Shown here: positions 31,270 through 39,185 of the stretch, piece by piece
Position numbering within the stretch: position 1 is the stretch's first letter
Layout: the number at the start of each line of letters is the position of its first letter
From: a bacterium
GTDB taxonomy: Bacteria; Patescibacteriota; JACMRA01
Assembly (NCBI GenBank): GCA_043765655.1
Contig: JAYUIW010000078.1
Coordinates: forward strand, 1-39,185
Reading direction: 5' to 3'
Length of the DNA stretch: 39,185 nucleotides
Made by a program: the position numbers and the translations under genes
Notes under the pieces: generated by a model
The model's input: only the letters and a program-made list of their open reading frames with translations
Databases searched by the model: none
Told to the model about the DNA's origin: nothing

Positions 31270-31388
31270 ATACGTGCGTCGCCTAACAAATAAGGTTGTA
31301 CAAGTATTTTCTAATTAAAACACCTTTGGCGGAATTAGTATAAATTACCCTAATAATTCAACTATAATTAACTTAATCAAAAACTAAA

Positions 31389-32414
31389 TTAATGGCATTT
31401 TTCTCCTTCCAAGAACTCTATATTCCCTTCGAAGAATTGTCCAAGGCTTTTGAGGTTGAACTGTAATTGTGCCATACGATCGATTCCGAATCCGAAGGCT
31501 AAGGCTTGGAATTCATTGGAATCATATCCCATATTAGCTATAACATCAGGATGAAGTAGTCCCGCGCCGCCAACTTCTAGCCACGAATCTTCTTTGAACG
31601 GGTTACTAATATCTACTTCTAGGCCGGGATTAACATATGGAAAGTAACTCGGGCGAAGTCTAGCAACCAGATCATCTCTCCCAAAGAACTGCTTATAAAA
31701 GTCCTCAATCAACGTTCTAAGATGAGCAAAGCTAACATGGCGATCAATGTATAGACATTCGATTTGGTGGAACATAATGTCGTGAGTTGAATCTATTTTT
31801 TCGTTCCTATACACTTGCCCAGCACAAACCATACGAATTGGCGGCTTCAGATTCTTGGTATATCGCAGATCAACTCCTGTTGTGTGAGTTCGAAGGACGT
31901 AATTTTCACCGATTGTGTCTTTTTGTTTCATAAAAAAAGTATCCTGCATCGAGCGCGCTGGGTGATAATCAGGCATACACAGATTAGTAAAACAATTTTC
32001 TTGGGTTTCGACAAGAGGCCCATCAGCAACTGAGAATCCCATTTTTTGGAAGATTCCAACAATGTCGTTCATAGCAATTGTGATTGGATGGAATGAACCT
32101 TTCCTCATACTATGATTATAACTTCCCACGAACGTCGGATCAAAACTTACAAACTTGTCTTTTTCTTGTTCTCTCTGGATGGCTTGGATTCTAGTATCAC
32201 AGGCTTGTTTGAGGTTTTGTTTTAGAATGTTGAGTTCTTTGCCAAGTAACGCCTTGGATTCTTTGTCCGCAGTTGCTAGCTTCCCAGTTAATTCGCTAAT
32301 TTGTCCAATTTGAGACAGAGAATCTTTAAGCTCTAGACAGCTGCTAACAGTTGTAAGATTAGTGAAAGATTGTTCCCAGTTGTTGGTTTTTTGGTCATTG
32401 TTGTGTTCGGTCAT
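31389..32414 (-). CDS. pheS: phenylalanine--tRNA ligase alpha subunit
   Basis: Class II motifs: FHPITIAMNDIVGIFQKMGF, RTHTTGV, GGAGLLHPDV, AFGFGIDRMA. No pheT is adjacent. Confidence 0.9.
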   Translation of the reverse strand: MTEHNNDQKTNNWEQSFTNLTTVSSCLELKDSLSQIGQISELTGKLATADKESKALLGKELNILKQNLKQACDTRIQAIQREQEKDKFVSFDPTFVGSYNHSMRKGSFHPITIAMNDIVGIFQKMGFSVADGPLVETQENCFTNLCMPDYHPARSMQDTFFMKQKDTIGENYVLRTHTTGVDLRYTKNLKPPIRMVCAGQVYRNEKIDSTHDIMFHQIECLYIDRHVSFAHLRTLIEDFYKQFFGRDDLVARLRPSYFPYVNPGLEVDISNPFKEDSWLEVGGAGLLHPDVIANMGYDSNEFQALAFGFGIDRMAQLQFNLKSLGQFFEGNIEFLEGEKCH

Positions 32415-32502
32415 ATATGTTATAGTAAACCAATTCTAGCTTTTTTGGTCAAGTTATATTTTTGTGTTTAATTGTAGACGATTTTTGTAATTCAAAAACT
32501 AA

Positions 32503-33114
32503 CTATTCAGTATCATCTTGATCTCTATCGTTTCTTCTAATAGAATCAGATTGAAAGGTCTTTTGCAAATCAAAAATTTCAGATACTAATAAAGATTGCT
32601 CTACGCCAATTAACAATTCATAAAAATCTTTTCTGCCAATATTAGAATTAAAAATTTGGTTAACCAAAGAGTTGTGTCTATAGTCGCCAGAGTCAGTAAT
32701 ATTAAATATTTCATCAGCTAAATCAATATATACGTTTATATTTGTGTTAATTAATTTAATCAAATATTCTGCTAATCTGTCTTTGCTGTTTAGACTTGAT
32801 AGCTCTCTAGCTTTGTCAATCATTTCTTTAGCTAGCGAATATATTCTAGTATATTTTTCAATATCAAAATATTCATATTGTTCTTTCATCTCATCTTCTT
32901 TAGTAATTATATACGCATCGAGATCTACCAAATCTTCGGAGAAGGTCCAGTTCCAGTCTAATATATCAATAATCTCATTATTTTGTTCATTTTTTTCTTG
33001 TGCTTTCAAAATTTCTTGATCTATTTTTTTCCCCCTTTCTATTCGACCTCTTAAAAAAATATTATCCCCTTCATCTTCAAATCCAAATCCTTCTTGTTTA
33101 CTATTTTTAGACAT
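32503..33114 (-). CDS. hypothetical acidic protein (203 aa)
   Basis: Intact ORF, D/E-rich at both termini, no motif recognised. Confidence 0.45.
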   Translation of the reverse strand: MSKNSKQEGFGFEDEGDNIFLRGRIERGKKIDQEILKAQEKNEQNNEIIDILDWNWTFSEDLVDLDAYIITKEDEMKEQYEYFDIEKYTRIYSLAKEMIDKARELSSLNSKDRLAEYLIKLINTNINVYIDLADEIFNITDSGDYRHNSLVNQIFNSNIGRKDFYELLIGVEQSLLVSEIFDLQKTFQSDSIRRNDRDQDDTE

Positions 33115-33197
33115 AATATTATAATTTTAATTTTTTAAACTTTCATCCCAAATAATACACAACAAATCTAACTTTGGCAAGTCTATGAACCCAATTC

Positions 33198-33226
33198 TTG
33201 ACAATTGTGCTTACAAAGCATAAAAT
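33198..33226 (+). promoter_or_regulatory. ileS promoter (near-leaderless)
   Basis: TTGACA (33198-33203), 17 nt, TAAAAT (33221-33226), 8 nt before ATG 33235. Confidence 0.6.
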
Positions 33227-33234
33227 TAAAAGAT

Positions 33235-36200
33235 ATGCTCAACACCGAATTAGATGTCCTCAACTACTGGAAAGACAACAAAACCTTTGCCAAATCAATC
33301 GCCAACCGCAAATCCTCACCTGAATTTGTTTTTTTTGATGGTCCGCCATTCGCAACTGGTCTGCCACATTGGGGACACATCCTAGTAAGTCAGCTCAAAG
33401 ACACCGTTCTACGCTACCAAACCCAAAAAGGCTTCTATGTTCCACGCAACTGGGGCTGGGATTGTCACGGAGCTCCGATCGAAGTTTTGGCAGAAAAAAA
33501 ATTAGAGATTACAGACAAAAGACAGATCGAAGGTGAAATCGGAATCACCAAATTCAACGAATACTGCCGTTCCACCGTGATGATGTACGATACCGAGTGG
33601 CGTAAGACGATCGAAAGAATCGGTCGCTGGGTGGATATGGATAGTCAATACCGTACGATGGATAATGACTTTATGGAGTCGGTCTGGTGGGGGTTGGGAA
33701 GATTATGGGACAAAAACCTCATCTACAAAGACTACCGAACCAGTATGTACTCGCCTAGTGTCGGAGTTCCGCTCACACACACGGACGTTGCAATGGAAGT
33801 CAAGTACGACAACGAAACCATAGAGACGCCTGTGGTAAGATTCACCCTAGACGGAGAATCCAGAATTAGTCTTATTGCCAAAATTACCTCCACAATTAAC
33901 GAAACAATTGACACACAAACCAAAATCAAAAAAGACCTAGAAAAAAGACTAGCCAGCCTCAATAATCCCGGAATCAAAAAAGTCAACAAAGACGAACTCG
34001 TCAAAAACTCTCTCAAAGTAGACGAAGGCGAACTCACCAAAGACAAAGCCAAAAATTCCCAAGACGACGAACAGTCTCATATCAGTAGCGAAATTAAGTT
34101 TTGTGATGAGAATATAGAATCTCTAGACAAACTCAACAAAATCTTCAAGGCAACTTATCCAATCAATATCCTAGCTTGGACTACTACACCCTGGTCTATT
34201 CCTGCTAATGTTGCCCTTGCAGTCAATCAAGACTTCGAGTATTCCCTATATCTCAACCCGACAACTAGTGAGATTATCGTACTTGCCGAGTCTACGGCTG
34301 TGGAGATTTTGAATAAGATTATTAATCCACTTCTATTAGCCAAAGCCTCCAAGATCGAGGGAAACTATGAAGATTCTAGTGATTATCTAGAAGCAATTGG
34401 CTCTGATATTCTCAAAATTGCCCAGCTCAAAGGCGAAGATCTAGTCGGTCTCAAATACACTCCACTATTCCAAATTAATGAAAACCACAGCGATCAAACA
34501 GGCTTTGAAAACGCGTTCAGTATAAACCACGGCGACTTTGTAACTTTAGAAGATGGAACTGGAGTGGTGCACATTGCTCCAGCATATGGCGAAGACGACT
34601 TTAACCTCCGCAAATCCTGCAATCTTCCTGTTCTGCACTCACTCAACGAACACGGCGAAATTCTAAGTACTCTTGATAAAGTTCTAGAGCCAGCCTTCTC
34701 CAAAAAATTCACATCTGTTAATCCAATAATTCTGGATATTCTGGAGTCAAAAAAAATCTTGTTCACTAAATTCAAACACACTCACAGAGTTCCAATCTAC
34801 GGACGCGATAACAAAAAAGTCTACTACTCTACTCAAGATGGTTGGTTTATCCGCGAAACTGCTTTGACAACAAAATCTGTAGAACTTAATCAAAAAATAA
34901 ACTGGTTCCCGCAATCACTCAATCAAAGATTCGAAAACGGTCTAGAAACCGCACCAGACTGGTGTATTAGTCGCAATCGTTACTGGGGAACTCCAATTCC
35001 AATTTGGCAAAATAGCTCTAAGGACAAAACAATCTTCATCGATAGCGTCGCCAAGCTCGAAGAATTCGCAGTTAATCCAGTGTTCAAGCTCATCAATTCC
35101 AAAGATCTGGACACTTCACTATATAAAGACGGTAATACAATCATAATGACTGATTCTAGTATCAAGCTTCCTCTTGGAATCGCCGCCGCTCATAACAAGT
35201 CCAAGAATATTTTTAATCTGCATCAATCTGGGCTCACCGATATGGCATCTATTGCTCCGATTTGCCAAGCTATCCTAGAAGAAGTCTTAGAGTTATTCGC
35301 CAAATACCAAAATGTTCAAATTATTCTGGAAGAAAACGAACAAAAACTCTGGACGACTTGGATGATGGGACTACACGAAAACTCAACCAAAAATGTCTCT
35401 AAATTCTATTTTTATCAAGAAGTAAAGCAAGATCAAAATCTAAAAAACTTCGAAGTAGTCGGTGGAATCAAGCCTCTAGATCTGCATCGTCCGTTCATTG
35501 ACGAGATTATTTTACAGGACCAAAACGGCGAAGTCTACACTAGAATTCATGAAGTTCTGGATTGTTGGGTCGAGTCTGGCTCAATGCCTCACGCCTCGGT
35601 TCATTATCCGTTCGAATCAGAGTATGTCTCCAAAATGAAAAATCTAAAATCGGCTGACTGGATTGCCGAGGCTCAAGACCAAACACGAGGTTGGTTCAGG
35701 GCTTTGCATGTTATTAGTAACGGAGTTTTCGGAGATATCGCCTTCAAGAATATCAATTGTACTGGGCTAATTATGGCTTCCGATGGTCAAAAAATGTCCA
35801 AATCCAAAGGCAACTACACAGATCCTAATATCTTGTTGGACAAATTCGGAGCGGATGCAGTGAGATTATATATCTTGTCATCGGTGGTTGTGAACGGCGA
35901 GGCCTTGAGCTTTTCGGATCGGAACTTGGAGATTGTCTTTAGAGAGAATACTCTATTATTAAGTAATTCGATTAGTTTTATCAAGCAAGTTCTATCGCAG
36001 TTTTATCCCAAAAAATCTGAAACCAAATCTTACAAACACCCTCTCAACAAGTGGTGGCAAGCCCAAACTCAGCAATTAGTTAACGAGTTCATCGCGGCAA
36101 TGGATCAATACGATATTGCAACTGCAGGACGGTTAATTCCGCCATATATCAACAACTTCTCGACTTGGTACATCCGCAGATCCAAAGATCTCTTGGAAGA

Positions 36201-36903
36201 AAATGGTCAAGAAATCGCCAACTGCCTACGCGATACGATGGAGTTATTCGCAACTACAATTGCCTGTTATCAGCCTTTTAATGCCGAAAAAATCTGGTCA
36301 GCAATAAGATTAGAAGACGATCTAGAATCTGTACATCTCACCGATATTCCAAAACCAAAAGCACTTACAGACAAGCAAATTAGTATTAATTCTACAATGG
36401 AACTCGTCCGGTCTATAGTTAGCGAAATTCATAGTGTCCGCAAAACTAATAATTCCCGTGTTCGCCAGCCTTTGGAAGCCGATCTGGGTAATATTGAACT
36501 AGATGAAAGTATTAAAATAATGATTCTCAAGGAGTGTAATCTGTTAGAAGTTAGTCAAAACTCCATTAAAGAACAAAACTGGGAACAAAAATCTGAAATC
36601 AAAAATGAACTCGGAACAATCGTTGTCAATCTAGAGATCTCGGAAGAATTAGAACTGCTAGGATTAGCTAGAGACTTCGAGCGTGGAGTCCAAGAATTCC
36701 GCAAAAAACAAGGTTATCAATCTGGTCAAAACATTGTTATGAACTGCTTCGTGGAACCATTAATCGATTCTTCCAAATTCCAAAATGTCCTTGGAAAAGT
36801 AGACTGGAACAAACTCAATGTCGAGTTCAAATGGCTCAAAGATGACTTTGAAAGTGCTAAAGTTATTGAAGTTAAAAATCTAGCGAAGTTGAAGGTTAAG
36901 TAG
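33235..36903 (+). CDS. ileS: isoleucine--tRNA ligase, type 2 (eukaryote-like), with two large insertions
   Basis: FFDGPPFATGLPHWGHIL (HIGH region), WTTTPWSIPAN (CP1 editing), WCISRNRYWGTPIPIW, DCWVESGSMP, KMSKSKGN. Start set at ATG 33235, because the track TTG start lies inside the promoter. Confidence 0.9.
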   Translation: MLNTELDVLNYWKDNKTFAKSIANRKSSPEFVFFDGPPFATGLPHWGHILVSQLKDTVLRYQTQKGFYVPRNWGWDCHGAPIEVLAEKKLEITDKRQIEGEIGITKFNEYCRSTVMMYDTEWRKTIERIGRWVDMDSQYRTMDNDFMESVWWGLGRLWDKNLIYKDYRTSMYSPSVGVPLTHTDVAMEVKYDNETIETPVVRFTLDGESRISLIAKITSTINETIDTQTKIKKDLEKRLASLNNPGIKKVNKDELVKNSLKVDEGELTKDKAKNSQDDEQSHISSEIKFCDENIESLDKLNKIFKATYPINILAWTTTPWSIPANVALAVNQDFEYSLYLNPTTSEIIVLAESTAVEILNKIINPLLLAKASKIEGNYEDSSDYLEAIGSDILKIAQLKGEDLVGLKYTPLFQINENHSDQTGFENAFSINHGDFVTLEDGTGVVHIAPAYGEDDFNLRKSCNLPVLHSLNEHGEILSTLDKVLEPAFSKKFTSVNPIILDILESKKILFTKFKHTHRVPIYGRDNKKVYYSTQDGWFIRETALTTKSVELNQKINWFPQSLNQRFENGLETAPDWCISRNRYWGTPIPIWQNSSKDKTIFIDSVAKLEEFAVNPVFKLINSKDLDTSLYKDGNTIIMTDSSIKLPLGIAAAHNKSKNIFNLHQSGLTDMASIAPICQAILEEVLELFAKYQNVQIILEENEQKLWTTWMMGLHENSTKNVSKFYFYQEVKQDQNLKNFEVVGGIKPLDLHRPFIDEIILQDQNGEVYTRIHEVLDCWVESGSMPHASVHYPFESEYVSKMKNLKSADWIAEAQDQTRGWFRALHVISNGVFGDIAFKNINCTGLIMASDGQKMSKSKGNYTDPNILLDKFGADAVRLYILSSVVVNGEALSFSDRNLEIVFRENTLLLSNSISFIKQVLSQFYPKKSETKSYKHPLNKWWQAQTQQLVNEFIAAMDQYDIATAGRLIPPYINNFSTWYIRRSKDLLEENGQEIANCLRDTMELFATTIACYQPFNAEKIWSAIRLEDDLESVHLTDIPKPKALTDKQISINSTMELVRSIVSEIHSVRKTNNSRVRQPLEADLGNIELDESIKIMILKECNLLEVSQNSIKEQNWEQKSEIKNELGTIVVNLEISEELELLGLARDFERGVQEFRKKQGYQSGQNIVMNCFVEPLIDSSKFQNVLGKVDWNKLNVEFKWLKDDFESAKVIEVKNLAKLKVK

Positions 36904-36948
36904 TTGGGAAAGGAATTATACCTATTTCACTAAAAATATTCTAACTAG

Positions 36949-37005
36949 TTACCCCTTTTTAAAGGGGTGAGCCGAATGGCTCGGGGATTTTGTTTTAAAA
37001 GATAA
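36949..37005 (+). terminator. double-hairpin terminator module, family A copy 2
   Basis: TTACCCCTTTTTAAAGGGGTGAGCCGAATGGCTCGGGGATTTTGTTTTAAAAGATAAA. Same stems as 2097-2152 with different loops. Confidence 0.65.
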
Positions 37006-37022
37006 ATAGTAATATTTATAAA

Positions 37023-38079
37023 ATGTCAGATAATTTAATAAGCCAAACTACAGGTTCAGTCGACGATCTAAAATATAGACAAACACTCCAAGAGCTAGTT
37101 CAATCTATTCAAAAATCCAGATATGAAATGCTCAAATCGGTTAGCAAGCAAACAGTTGACCTCTACTGGAATATTGGCAAAACCGTAAGTGAGAAAATCT
37201 CTAAAGAAAATTGGGGCGATTCTGTTATCAAAACTTTATCCAAGGATTTTCAATCAGAATTCTCTGGAATTAGAGGTTTTTCGGCTTCAAACTTGTGGAG
37301 AATGAAAGCATTTTATGATAAATATTCTCAAAACATAAAACTCGCACCACTGGTACGAGAAATTGGTTGGGTGCAAAATTGTTTGATTTTGGAAAAATGT
37401 AAAGATGAACTGGAGATTGAATTTTATCTCAGACAAACAAATCTCAAAGGTTGGTCAAAGCTAGATCTTCAAAGACAAACTTGAACACAAATTATTCCAA
37501 AATCAACTTCTAGCCCAAAATAATTTTGACAATACAATTCCAGAAGATCTAAAACAAAGAGTAGCTTGGGAATTCGTGGATGACTACAACGTAGAACTAA
37601 TCAACCCAGATCAACCAATTGCTGAAAGAGAGCTTGAAAATACGATCGTTGATAATATCGTTAATTTTTTGGGTCAAATGGGTGGTAACTTTGCTTTTGT
37701 TGGAAGGCAAGTCAAAGTCGAACTAAACGACAAAGAATATTTTATTGACCTACTGTTTTTTAATTTTAAGCTCAATTGTTATGTAGTTGTGGAACTCAAA
37801 GCAAGAGAATTCAACGCCAAAGATATTGGTCAACTCCAAATGTACCTCGCTCTAACGAATAACAAAATCAAATCTGACGAACAAAACGCAACCATAGGAA
37901 TTTTGATCTGTCGTACTAAAAACCGAACCGAAGTGGAATATATGCTCAACACTAGTCGAGAACCGTTGGGAGTAGCAACATATAATAATTATAGGACAAT
38001 CAACGAACTCCCAGCTGAAATAGCTCAATACCTTCCAACCGAGACTCAAGTCATTGAGAAGTTACTTAATTTGGAGTAA
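37023..38079 (+). pseudogene. DUF1016/YhcG-family PD-(D/E)xK nuclease gene split by a 1-nt frameshift near 37465-37484
   Basis: N-terminal part: LYWNIGK, WGDSVIKTLSKDF, GFSASNLWRMKAFY, GWSKLDLQRQ, then TGA. The +1 frame continues LEHKLFQNQLLAQNNF...ERELENTIVDNIVNFLGQMGGNFAFVGRQ...IDLLFFNFKLNCYVVVELK...GQLQMY. Confidence 0.7.
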
Positions 38080-38181
38080 GTTTATGGCTAATTTTTGGAA
38101 TAATTTTATAGGTAAAAACGAGAATAAAAATAGATAATAACTTGAACAAAAAGCATAATTCGTTGTATAATTATAGGTAAT

Positions 38182-39185
38182 ATGTCTCACACTAATTTTA
38201 TAACTAATCAAAGAGAGCTTTTGTCCAAGATAATGACTGATTATATGGGAATAACCGAGAATATTGACATTCTGGTGGGTTACTTTTATTTTTCGGGATT
38301 CGGAGGAATATACAAAGGATTAGTAGACAAAAAAGTGAGAATACTAGTGGGAATGGACATAGAAACTAAGATTAACAATAAAGTTCACGAAATCGAAATT
38401 GACAAAAACAACCAGTCTAATCTCCAAAAAAAAGAACAATACTTCGCTAGTTTAATCAATGGAATTAATGAGACGGAGAGCTTTGATAATTCTGACACAA
38501 CCGAGTCGTGGAGAGTTTTTATCACCAAAATTCAAAACGGTACGCTTGAAGTTCGCAAAACATTTGAACCTAATCATTCCAAAGTCTATTTGTTCAACTT
38601 GGATCAGGCAAGTCAATCCATTCACAGAACTGATGGAATCGTAATTACGGGCTCTAGTAATCTCACCTACAGTGGACTAGAAGGTAGGTTGGAGGCTAAT
38701 GTTATACTGAATGATCAACGCAGTTTTGAGGATGCTAATAAGTTCTTCGAAGAATTGTGGGCGACTTCTGTTCCATTGATAAGTAGTAACAACTATGACG
38801 AATTCCAAAAAAAAGTAATCGACAAAGTCTGGATTGATAATATGGCCAATCCTTTTGCTATGTATTTGAGAGTTCTTAAGGAGTATTTTGGTATCAAAAA
38901 AAATGACAAAATTGCAACCGCTGGTCTAATTACAGGCGATGAATTTTCAGACCTAACCTACCAAAGCGACGCTGTCTACAAAGCCCTTGAAGTTATCGAG
39001 AATCACAATGGAGTAATTATTGCTGATGTTGTAGGACTAGGCAAATCAGTCATATCGTCAGTAATCGCTAATAACTTGAATCTCAAAACCATCGTAATCG
39101 CTCCGCCACATCTGAGAGAACAGTGGGAAGAGTACGGCGACAAATTCCACTTTAATCCACGAATATACTCTAGTGGTAATATCAA
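38182..39185 (+). CDS. PLD-family (HKD) nuclease domain fused to SNF2/DEAD-like helicase, 5' partial (runs off the window)
   Basis: Not in the track because it is open-ended. Hand translation from ATG 38182 gives 334 codons without a stop. HSKVYLFN...ITGSSNLTYSGL is the HKD motif. LTYQSDAV...GVIIADVVGLGKSVISS is helicase motif I, and VIAPPHL is motif Ia. Confidence 0.7.
   Translation, partial: MSHTNFITNQRELLSKIMTDYMGITENIDILVGYFYFSGFGGIYKGLVDKKVRILVGMDIETKINNKVHEIEIDKNNQSNLQKKEQYFASLINGINETESFDNSDTTESWRVFITKIQNGTLEVRKTFEPNHSKVYLFNLDQASQSIHRTDGIVITGSSNLTYSGLEGRLEANVILNDQRSFEDANKFFEELWATSVPLISSNNYDEFQKKVIDKVWIDNMANPFAMYLRVLKEYFGIKKNDKIATAGLITGDEFSDLTYQSDAVYKALEVIENHNGVIIADVVGLGKSVISSVIANNLNLKTIVIAPPHLREQWEEYGDKFHFNPRIYSSGNI

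Noticed and set aside
31087-31388. Ribosomal-protein leader, T-box or riboswitch between pheS and rpsF-rpsR
   Set aside because: The GC-rich part is explained by a family A terminator copy (31225-31269) and a 9-bp hairpin (AGAAGATAC..GTATCTTCT, 31201-31232) downstream of pheS. No T-box specifier or antiterminator features or other known leader motifs were recognisable.

Overview
AT-rich bacterial chromosome segment read with the standard genetic code. Gene content and style suggest a small-genome Patescibacteria/CPR-like organism; this is inference, no search was run. The backbone is scattered housekeeping genes, mostly single-gene units: groEL, groES, purD, pyrB, ruvC, pheS, ileS, rplJ, a fused rpsF-rpsR, zwf, mscL, gatD, a Fur/Zur regulator plus ZIP transporter, an MraY/WecA-family transferase and an RluB/RsuA-type pseudouridine synthase. 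They have sigma70-like TTGACA-N17-TATAAT promoters only 4-10 nt from the ATG, and I saw no Shine-Dalgarno sequence anywhere. No rRNA, tRNA, CRISPR array, transposase, integrase or reverse transcriptase was found. The accessory content, in window order: (1) a VapBC toxin-antitoxin pair; (2) an autonomous operon for a 689-aa orphan protein plus a TAG-interrupted small ORF, followed by about 600 bp of non-coding DNA with structured GC-rich elements and an orphan promoter/terminator pair; (3) a tandem array at 19.1-21.8 kb of promoter-UTR-gene-terminator cassettes, with near-identical flanks and divergent cores, encoding three paralogous small membrane-anchored proteins, whose C-terminal tail (..P.IP..N[QP]R) recurs in a fourth protein at 16840-17592; (4) next to the array, a stand-alone VirB4 N-terminal-like protein and a Q/N-rich membrane protein with thrombospondin-type-3 repeats; (5) an ORF-free transcription unit at 25.4-25.6 kb with a perfect consensus promoter, a candidate sRNA; (6) at the 3' edge, a frameshifted DUF1016/YhcG-type nuclease gene next to a partial PLD-nuclease/SNF2-helicase fusion gene, which looks like a defence island. 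Other oddities are groES and groEL separated by an opposite-strand gene, an S6-S18 ribosomal protein fusion followed by rplJ without rplL, two genes interrupted by in-frame TAG, two families of GC-rich palindromic intergenic elements, and the 10-mer TTACCCAAAA recurring only in intergenic DNA. I cannot name a single known system here. The cassette array with its shared C-terminal tail and the orphan 689-aa operon with its flanking RNA candidates are my best leads.
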